Shown here: piece by piece, positions 22,889 through 32,919 of the stretch
Layout of the letters: each line of letters starts with the position of its first letter
Numbering within the stretch: position 1 is the first letter of the stretch
NCBI GenBank assembly: GCA_010909165.1
Contig: VJWM01000063.1
Coordinates: forward strand, 1,674,001-1,738,000
Direction: 5' to 3'
Origin: Anthoceros angustus
Lineage: Eukaryota; Plantae; Anthocerotophyta
Length of the DNA: 64,000 bases
Notes under the pieces: generated by a model
What the model was told of the DNA's origin: nothing
The model's database searches: none
The model's input: only the letters and a program-made list of their open reading frames with translations
Made by a program: the position numbers and the translations under genes

Positions 22889-24070
22889 TGTCATACTCTC
22901 GATAGTATGAAACCCTATCTCGCTCCTAGAATTGTCCTATATACTTGTAGGACTTATTCTCATAACTCTAATATGTGATGTGTTGCACCAATCTTATAGA
23001 TTTCTAACACTCCCACTCAACACATCAGTGCTACTCTTTTAAGCCTAACATCTTGCTAAACTTAACGTGCTTCTCTAAAGTCAACCCTTTGGTCAAAACA
23101 GTTGTAGGCATGTCCACAGTGGGACAATACGCTAGCTCTATCTCCTTGGACTGAACTTTCTCTCTGAGGAAGTGATGCTTTACTTCAATGTGTTTTGTCC
23201 TCGCATGAAAAGTAGCATTCTTCGCTAAGTAAATGCAACCCTGATTGTCGTTGAAGATGGTTGTTGCACCCTTCTGCTTAAATCCCATTTCTTGAGCAAT
23301 CGTCGTAGCCATATTGCTTCCATTGTTGCAGCAGATATTGCCATGTACTCCATACAGAGGAGCCAGTGGTGGCGCCTACTATTCCATGAAATGGCTTCCC
23401 CAAATAGCATAAACACATATCATGTGGTAGACTTGTGGCCATCGACATCTCCAGCCCAATCTGAATCATAAAATCCAACCACCTGGGCTTCTTCATGTTG
23501 ATCCTTTTGGTATTTCAACTTCCAATGTTTTGTGCCGCGCAAGTATTTGAATATCCTCTTGATTGCTTGATAATGTTGTCGTTCAGGGTTGGCCAAGAAT
23601 CGACTCACAACTCCCACTGCCTCAGCAATGCCGGGCCTTGTCCCTGTTACCAAATATGTAAGACAGCCAACGGCACGTTGATAAAGAGTCTTATCTATTT
23701 TCTCTTTCTCCTTTTCAGTTGTAGGGCTCATCTCCTACGATAGCTTCTCATTGAAGATCATTGGCATCTTCATGGGTTTGCAATCTTGCATGCCAAAACT
23801 CTCCAGTATGGTCTCTACATATGTTTGTTAGCTCAAAGAGATCTGTTTGTTAGCCCTATTCCTTTGCACCTTTATTCCTAGGAAATAGTGGAGCTCACCC
23901 AAATCTCTCATGTCAAAGCTTGCATTAAGGCTTTGCTTTACTGAGTCTAAGAGTTCCATGTCATTGCTAGCGATAATCAAATCGTCCACATGTACAGCAA
24001 TGATAATTATGGATTCTCCCACTCTCTTCACATAGATATTCCAATCAGCTTTGGTTTTCTTGAAACCTCT
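22889..24070 (-). mobile_element. Ty1/copia RT-RNaseH fragment with PPT and ~121-bp 3' LTR (22889-23009)
   Basis: VHVDDL, YQRAVGCL, DSDWAGD, DNQGCI and TKHIEVKHHF with frameshifts. PPT GTTGAGTGGGAG precedes TGTTAG...GACA. Confidence 0.9.
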
Positions 24071-24288
24071 TTAGCATTTTCTTTAGTGTTCTTATTGTGA
24101 GTAGGTACCACCTCTATGCCCACAAGCAAGTGCGCACTGCCCCGATGGTACATGTTCGTACATGCTTGCCTTTCGCAGACCATTGTATGGCCAGCCATTG
24201 TCGGGCGTTGGGCGCCATTGTTAGGCGTTAATTGGGTGCCATTGTTGCGCGTTGGGCACCATTGTTTCGCATTCAAGGTAACCGACAT

Positions 24289-24560
24289 GACGGGTATACC
24301 AGAGGAACTGGGGGTACATCAGATCGATCTCAAGGAGTACAGACTGAACCCGAAGTATTCTGTCGTAGTGAGGGATCAGCTGGACCAGTATTTAGAAGCA
24401 GGAGTCATTTACCCCGTATTGACCAGTGAGTGGGTCGCACCCATCGTGGTGGTGCCCAAGAAGCAACAAGGGAAGGTGAGAGTGTGCCAGGATTTTAGGA
24501 AACTGAATGAGGCTACTAGAAAGGATCATTATCCGTTACCACTCATGGACAGTGTTTTCC
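24289..24560 (+). mobile_element. Ty3/gypsy reverse transcriptase N-terminal fragment
   Basis: YRLNP...LEAGVIYP...SEWVAPIVVVPKK..KVRVCQDFRKLNEATRKDHYPLP. Confidence 0.85.
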
Positions 24561-27500
24561 TAGAACAAGAGCGGAGCTGCACTCTTGTGGACTTGGGTAT
24601 GGAGGGGTCCTGGAGGACAGACTGGAAAGCCTGACCGAGTTGTTTCTCGATCAGGGATGCTTGCAACCCCCTGAAACCATCAATAATAAATGTCGAGAAA
24701 GGAGGGAAGTCCTTCCAAGCATCCACTAATAACATGTCCCTAGCCTACCTCAAGGACATTTGAAGAGAGAAGGTTCCCTCCTCCACACTTGATACGAGAT
24801 CCTCCTGAAAGGGCCTGTCATGGAGGATGAAGCGAAGCAAGCAGGCGAGAGGGCCCAAGCCAGAAAGCCGCGGGAAGAGACCTCCAGCGAGAGCAGACCT
24901 GTGCCTCCAAATTGCACAGGTAGGGACACTTGCCAGCGGGCCAGATCACCCACAGAGCACTCAAAAGCCCCTGAGCCCAGGATGTCCCCAAGAGTATCCA
25001 TAATCTTCTTATCAAACCGCCGCAGCTGGGACAAAAGGGTCGGGGACGGAAGCAGTGTACGGATGAGGTAACAAGGGCGCCTAGCAAAATAGGAGGAAAG
25101 AATTCCAAAGGCCACTTGTGTATCCTCCAGCAAAGGGAGGTCCTCGACATGGGAGAGGTGCTCTACGACAGCCTAGTCTATAAAGCTCCCGATGAAGTCA
25201 GGGGAACTGAAGAGGACTCCTAGAATCCGCTGTCCCAAAGCCGGAGCAATCTCCCCAGCAGGAAATTGCAAAGTTGGCAGAATCGCCGACGGAGACCAGA
25301 CGCGGCACTTGGACAGCTTGACCTTCAAACCCACCAAAGAAAGCTCATGAGAGAAGAGCTCAAAGGCCTCCTTGACTTTGTCCCTAGGCCCGAGAATGTG
25401 AGAATCATCTGCCAGCGAAGGGAAGACACAGTCACGAGCTGAGAAGGCGGCCCTTGATAGAGCCCTGTAGTGAGCAAATGGTAAAGAGAGCGCCGCCCAG
25501 GGGGTCGCTTTGCCTAGTACCTGTGGCCGATTCCAAGACAAAGACAGCAAATCCTAAAAGAGACGTTCTTGTGCTGGTAGTAGAGGTTGGAGGACCTTTT
25601 GTAGAAGCACCAGATAAAAGGTATAAGGCTCCCCAGGACGCCACCAGCATCCCTAAGCTCCTCGAAGATGACGCTCTTAGAAATGGTATTGAAGGCGTTC
25701 TCGACATCAACCTGTAAGACCACCCACTTTGGGTGGGTATCAAGGCATGCCTTCACTCCAAGCACCACAGACTCATAGCCCCCTGGAGTGGCAATGCCAA
25801 ATTGAAGGGGGTTGAGGTGTTGCTGGAGAAGGGAGCGGCACTGAAGGGCAATAGTGCGGCTGAGGCTTCCCCGACCGCAAGTGGACGCACGCTCGAGCCT
25901 AGGGCAGGCTTGTCCATAGCGACAAGCCTGCTAGCTACAAGAACATGGGAAATCCGGTGAGGTGTCTCACCCCGAGCCACCGCAACGGCCAGAGAAAAGA
26001 GCTCTAGGAAGCCACTAGATGGATCTTCGAGGAGAAAAAGGTCCCTGAGGTGTTCAAACACCATTCTTGACAACCCGGTAGATGAAAGACACGGGGTCAT
26101 AGAGAGTGCCAGAGCAAAAGCTGCCCGATCCAAGGAGAAGGGATCCTCCGGGACATAGTTGGATATGTCCAGGGGGATGGCATCCTTGGGTGCTGGATGG
26201 AGGGCACGGAGGGCAACAATGGTCTCTTGAGCGGGGGCCGGAGGGTCGAAGAGCCACAGCGGCCTGACATATTCACCTACCTGGCCAAGCAACTTGCAAC
26301 GGTGCAGGTTTGTTGTATTGCCCGGGACATGTTCCAACTACTATGCGGATTCCGCCCGAGTTTTGGTAGCACGCAAAGCCTCCTCCTGGAGGGATGCCCA
26401 GTCACCAGCCCGAAAGCGCCGAAGACGGCTAGCAACTTCCCGATGCCCAGAAGCCCCACCCCTAATACACTGGAGACACCATCGGGGGAGAAGCAGGAGA
26501 AGGCACCAAGCTAACTCGTCCTGGGGATCGAGCAGAAGGCGATCGAAAGGAAGACGGAATGCCAAATGGGCATCATCATGAAGGTGGCGGGGAAGCCTGC
26601 GGAAGATGCGTGGGCATGGAAAGCGGGTTTCAAACATCCCAAGGATGTGATCCAGCTGACCCCGCAGCCATTCCCAGGAAGAGAGAGGCACCCCAGGGAG
26701 GACGATATTGGACGCTGGAGCCTGCACTGCGGAACTGGAGGAGGTCGCAATGTGCACTTGGGCAGCCCAAGTAGTGTGATCGAAATCTTTATGCAAGTAC
26801 CCAATGTGGGTTTTCACCCCCTTGACACCGCAGCAGAGTTGAGCACAGACAAGACATGAAGTGTCCTTGACAGTCACACAAGGTGTAGACCGCCCTATTG
26901 GGTAGGGTGCTACAAGAGCCTGCAAATGCTCGTCGGAGGGTGACAGGGCCGAGGAGGTATCGGGGACAAAACGACCCCAGCCTTTACCGGACATACGGAG
27001 TGTGAGCTCCGTATGGCGAACTTCAAAAGGCCAGCCAAAGAGCCCTACCTAGAGGGACTGCAACCCACAGAACCACTGCCGACCCACCAAACTAGCGCGC
27101 ACTGCACTGAGAAAAGGTGGGGTAGGAAAATCCCCAGCTATCGGAAAGAAAGTCAACAAAATCCAGGAAAAATAAATTCCCACCGCCACCGCACCATGCC
27201 CCGCCTGCACATGGCGTGCACCGGCAGCGCAGCCCATAGCCTCGCCTCGCCTCAGAGCCGTAGGCAACCGGGCCCCACCTGCCGTCTGCCCGACTCGGCC
27301 ACTGCCACCCTACCTCCGCACACCGCCTCCGCAGGCCAGCCCCACCTGCCGTCCGGACAGCCCGGCCGGCGGCGGACTCCGCCCGCCCGCCCGAAGGCGC
27401 ACAGCCCGCCCGCCCGCCCGCCCGCCCGCCCGCCCGCCCGCCATAGCCGCGCCTCGCCCTACCGCACCATGCCCCGCCTGTACCGCATGCCCCGCTCTCA

Positions 27501-27562
27501 CTCCCCGCTCTTGCGCACTCCGCCACCTCCCGCGCATCGCGCCCGAGCCTGCTCCCGCTCCC
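24560..27562 (-). mobile_element. RLE-type (CRE-like) non-LTR retrotransposon, 5' two-thirds (C2H2 finger + RT), 3'-truncated
   Basis: CLVCAQ...HIGYLH zinc finger, VRPLAVGE, QVDVENAFN, RQSDPLGGALF, LADD, VSLPVQFGGTGL and RVQLRSC. Frameshifted, with a GC-rich 5' leader. Confidence 0.88.
27404..27442. repeat. (GCCC)n microsatellite in the retroelement leader
   Basis: About ten consecutive GCCC units. Confidence 0.9.
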
Positions 27563-27699
27563 TGAATGAATGAGTGACGGATCGAGGAGTTTGTGGTGGC
27601 GTAGCATGTTTCTTTTACTGCAGATGAGCTAGGATAGGCAAGGGTGGGACTTGTCCTATTTCTAGCAACTGTCATAGTATCACATGCACAGATGATTAG
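27563..27699 (+). pseudogene. inverted copy of the last codons and 3'UTR of the wound-induced basic protein gene (11807-11939)
   Basis: Reverse complement of 11807-11939 with one 4-bp insertion and four transitions. Confidence 0.9.
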
Positions 27700-27874
27700 C
27701 CGTGGTGGTTATGACGGATGAATGTATATATACACGTATACATATAAGTATGTCACTACCACCACATCTACAAGTGTGCATATAAATGTCACAATGCAAT
27801 TGTCTGTCAATGGATTCTATGTACACTGGGTGATGGAAATGGCATTGATATGCCATATGTTGCCATAGTGCCGA

Positions 27875-28161
27875 AAATTTTGAAGTTGACTTTGGGCTTC
27901 CATCCTATGTATGCACACTAGGTGATGGAAATTTTGAAGTTGACTTTGGGCTTCCATCCTATGTATGCACACTAGGTGATGGAAATGTCACTGATATGCC
28001 ATGTTGACATAGTGTCGAAAAGGCTGTTGATAGCCCAAAGTCAACCAATTTGCTCTGCCTCTCTTTGAGTTGCGCTTCGGTTTCAGGAACACCTTGTTCT
28101 TAGCATACATTGAAGTTCCAGTAGGAACACCTTGTTCTTAGCATACATTGAAGTTCCAGTA
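27875..28161. repeat. short tandem duplications (54 bp x2; 38 bp x2)
   Basis: AAATTTTGAAGTTGACTTTGGG... at 27875 and 27929; AGGAACACCTTGTTCTTAGCATACATTGAAGTTCCAGT at 28085 and 28123. Confidence 0.85.
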
Positions 28162-28488
28162 GCTCAAAGTCAGATGAATTTTTGTCAAGCCAGACCCCAT
28201 TTGTTTCGCAAGCACACCTTGATCATGGGGAATCAGGTTACCTTGCGCATGGGCAGCAAGATCGCTTTCCTCACGAAGCGACCGACTCCGGATCCAGCGA
28301 AAGCACGTCTTGATGGCAGGGTGAGCTCTTTCGAAAGAGCGGTCAAGGTGGAAGGGCGTCTAATGGTGATCATGGGCCCGGGCCATGAACCTGGGTGTGG
28401 AGGGGCGCCAAGAATGGTGATCATGAGCCCGGGCCGGTGCCGACAAAATGTGCATTCACGAGATCAATGCTACGAACAACAATGCCAG

Positions 28489-28559
28489 GTCAGGGATGGG
28501 ATTCGAACCCACGCCCTTACAGGAGTCAAGGCGCCTTAGCCAAGCTCAGCCATCCTGAC
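28489..28559 (-). pseudogene. tRNA-Leu-derived sequence lacking most of the anticodon/variable arms
   Basis: GTCAGGATGGCTGAGCTTGGCTAAGGCGCC...GGGCGTGGGTTCGAATCCCATCCCTGAC has plant tRNA-Leu-like ends and A and B boxes but is only 71 nt. Confidence 0.75.
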
Positions 28560-29640
28560 CTGCCAATCCAAGCCCAAGCTAATATGATTTGTCATCAATA
28601 ACAAGAGCAAAATTGCTCCACGAGTACACTGTTCAAAGCTACTACACATGCAACATAAGCCAGTGCCAAACTCTCAAGCCAGGAAAGCTGCACGGTGGTG
28701 CAATTTTGGATGAATACCAAGTTGGAGGGTTCTTTCAACATAGTCAACACAGATTTCTTCGCCTCCACAAGTTCAACGCAAGCTTTCACACCAGTCAGCT
28801 GCTTCAGCACACAGCAGTAACACGGAGCATGAGCGTGTGGAAGGATATGCTTTCACAAGTACGTTGTACAAAGCATTTTAGCAAACATCGGAGGTGACAG
28901 GCAAAATAATGCAACTTCCTAGAGAAAGCTGAGAGCACAAGTGTCGATGAGAGCACTAAAACAGAATCTGGTCCAGCCAGGGTCTCTTTATAGACTGAAA
29001 TCAATGGTGACCAAACATATGTATTGCTGGCGGCGGTGAGGTCTCACCAGCTGGGACTGAGCACTTGCTCGAGAGATCCTGCAAAAAATCGACTGTCTCG
29101 CACTGCCGAAACTGGACGTCTGTGCGTATCAGCATTGTCTTAACATGCACCTGTAGCACACAGATGTTTGAAATGACAAGCATTGGAGGTCACATATTGT
29201 GTGACCATCGGGGTCACAATTCTTCTCAAAATCATAACAAGCTCCACACAAATGCAATCCAGCCCCACAGGTTACGTACAGATTACCTCTTCCGTCGAGG
29301 AGGGAGCAAATGGTGGATCTAGGAGTGGGACATGTAGAGATGCCCAGTATTGATCTGCTTCTAGTCCAAGGGACGCGCAAGTGACACAACCTGCTGACAG
29401 TTGCTTGACATGATACATCTCCTATGTTCAGATCATTCTACAGAGACCTCAGAAGAGACCATGGATTATGAGAGATTGATAAATAGAAGCACCCAACTGA
29501 TAACAAATGCCCCAAGAACTCAAAAGTCTATGCTCTGCCGCACTGCGCTTTCTACAAGACTCACCCAGTTGGAGGGCTCTACAAGGTCGTCTCAACCAAG
29601 CTAGCTAAATGAAAAGGGATGTAAACCGAGAATAAGAGAA

Positions 29641-31700
29641 CTAAGGTGTCCGGAAAGACTCTTGACGTCGCAACGGAATTTCATCTCCATCTAGCTCATC
29701 CTCACTAGGACGCTTAATCATGACACCGAGGGACAGCCGACCAGAGCCCATGGGAGGTTGAATGCCACTGTAGAGACCACCTGCGGACATATGAATACAC
29801 AGTGTGAAACTTGGCAAACACATTACGTACCTACAGCAGCACAGCAGCACTAACTTGAATGCTATCTTGCTCACTTGGAACCTACCTCCAACTTAACAGG
29901 ATGAACCGACAGAACTGCATAAGGAATGTTAGTGGAACGAACCCATCCCAGAGGAATCGTTGCCAAGATCCTTTGTCGCATGCAGTAAAAATGTTCCACA
30001 AAGGATAGTTACAAACCCACAGAGCTCACTGATGATCTGTGGGGTATTCTGGCCAGCCCAATCCTACAAAGGCCAGCGCAAAAGCATCTGAATCAGCAAA
30101 GGTGCTACTAGCATACAAGTGATGATGAACCGGATGCTCATTAGAAGGAGACTGACCTTGAACATAATAACACTTGCAAGAATAGTAAGTGACGTGAACA
30201 TCACATAGTAGATTGGTGACACGACCGCAGTGTTGAATGTATCTAGAGCCTGTCCACCAAACAAAGAGGCAACATATGCAAGTCAGTTCACATACCATGT
30301 CCCTGCAACTACATCACTTAGGGAACAAAAAACTCCACAAGGATCTGTATCCCCACCTTATTCAGGTAGTTCATCTGAGTCAATACGCAGGTGATCACCA
30401 CCATTGCGAATACAGATGTTTGAGGATAAACAAGCTGGTTGTCTCCTTGGAACGTTAGCTTCAAAGCTATGCCCAGGGCTTTGACACTCATGACCTGGAA
30501 TATGTGCCCGTGAGGATGTTAGTAAGGAACAAAGCCATGAGAAATTTAAGACAAACTTCTGAACAAATTCCACGTAGTGATCAAGTCATGGCGTGTAAAG
30601 TGATGTACCGAGAGAGAGCCCATCAGAGAGCAGATGCCAATGTACACCATGATGTGTGTGTGCCCATACCGCGGCACAAAATGAAAAATGAGTAGCAACA
30701 CCACTGACACTACACAAACTGTGTAAAACAGAAAAGCTGGAAAACGACGAGGACGGGTCAGTACAACCCCTGCATCATAACTGATGACAGTCTGAACAAA
30801 CAGAATTCCTGAAAACTGCTGCTTCAAGAAATAACTCTGCAGTTCTGACACTAGCAACTATAGCAGTAGAGCATACAGCTGCAGCCAAAAGCCCATAACA
30901 AGGGTATACCGGGTTCTGTTGCAAGACGCCAGACAACCTCCACAGACTCGACAGACCGCTCTGCAGGAGCATGGAGCACAATGGTGGTGGAGCCAACAAC
31001 ACAAAGGACACATCCAAGAATTCCTAGCCAATGTAGTTTCTCCTTCAGCACCACATGTGCCAAGCATGCACTGAAAACACCACATTCATGCCGACCAGTT
31101 AGCCATGCAACATATAACATCAACTAAGAATCTCACTGCATTTGGCAATTATGGAAAGGCAACCGTGAGCAAAGAGAGAACATGGGAGATGTGATCACAC
31201 CTGACAATAATACTAAGGGCACCAAGCGGCGTCACAAGAATAGCTGGAGCAAATGCGTATGCAGCAAAGTTGGCAACCTCTCCAACAATCACTGACAAAA
31301 CAGGACAAAAAGTTCAGAGACCAACAAAAATGTCTCCAAACGCTGAGCTTGCACTCTGGATGGACGAGAGATGAGGGCAGCTTTCAAAACTTACTGGTCA
31401 CCATGCCTGCCCACCACAAGGGTTCAGATAGATACGCATACCCACCAGCACCTGCACCACGAAAACCAAAACCCTTCTTCAAGCATTGGCTATGGAACCG
31501 AAACGAAAATTGCAGCTCGCTAGAAGGTCTCAAAACTGCCAAATTTCTCAGAGTACTACTTGATCCTGGAACCTACCTGCCCTGACCCCAGTACTAGCTG
31601 CTCGCTTCAGTCCCTTCTTCTTGATGATGAAGCTTGCCCCGATGAAGATGCTGGAGGAGAGAGCTAGGGCAAGCCCTCGATGATTATCTTGCACAGTCAT
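29641..31700 (-). CDS. NIPA: NIPA-family magnesium transporter (multi-exon)
   Basis: Exons encode [84 protein letters not shown] and [22 protein letters not shown] at 31700, TAG at 29641. Confidence 0.95.
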
Positions 31701-32919
31701 GGCAGGCTCTTCCCCTGCCTACCTGACTCAACAACCAAGTCAAACTGCTTATGCCAAATAATGTGTAGTCCATCTACCCTCCTTTGCCATCCCCAAGTAC
31801 GCCGCTTGCTAGCTGCGTGTCAGCTCTCCGAGGATCGAAACCAGATCAATAAAGGCAAATACAATGAATTCACGCTGTCACAATTCGCGACTACTGAGCA
31901 CCATCTTCGGTACAAAATTCCATGCTCTTCAACCCTAAATCCGCGATTACTCTGGAAACTTCTCTCCTGGGTCTTCGGGCGTCAGATTGCAATACACAGC
32001 ACAGCTGTTTCGATTACAGCCCCACGGGATCTGCTTCACGGCTGTGGCAGGAACCGCTGACCCGCGCATTGACTGCCTATATTTTCAAAGCTGCATGCGC
32101 CCAATACTCGCTTCTCCAACCCACCAGCATCAAACAGTGCTTCCACTTACCCTGATGCCTTGTACCCATCAAGCCATTTCCTCTTCATGTCACCCACCGA
32201 TTCCACGTGGTCCTGAAAGCTCCTCTGTATGGACGTCCTCATAACATACTCGCCTGAGGAGAGTTCCCCCACACACCACCTAGAACCAGCGAGCTTGTCC
32301 TCAGTCTCAAAATCTGAGGACTGGCTAGACTTGCCGCTTGCAACTCTCGCCCTGAGAAAGTCATGGTAATTTTGCACCCGCTGCCCCGATCTCGGGTCCC
32401 GGTCACAGGGCTATCCTTGAAGGGCCTGGTGTCACCATGAATTGCCCACCCACGGACCTGCAGACACGAAAAAGGAAGGGCAAGGGAAGGCGAGGGGAAA
32501 GAGAGATACACGGGGAGAGGCTGGGAGTGGGGCTGGTCCTCGGCCTACGTTTACTAACCAGGTTTGTACCGGTTTGAGGTATTACCATTCCAGGTTAAAC
32601 GCGACTGACGCACTGGATCTGCTCCTCACATGCCCAGCCCATATAGTCTATATATGTATGCTCAAGAGGTTTATTATAGTGCACTTGGATGGAAATTTTC
32701 CTATCACGTAAGCACTCGTGTTCTGCGTATGTAATGACGGACACACGTGTATGTGGACTGGTTGTGTGAAAGCGGTTTTGGCTTCTACCAGCCACGTTCT
32801 GATCCCGCCGAGTCCTGCTTGGGAGAGGCCTCAGCTGGGCTTGTTGTGGGCGGGTTAGAGCTGGCGGCATTGCACCTGTGGTGTATGTCATTGGTTCGTT
32901 TTCTTTCTCAGAACCAGTC

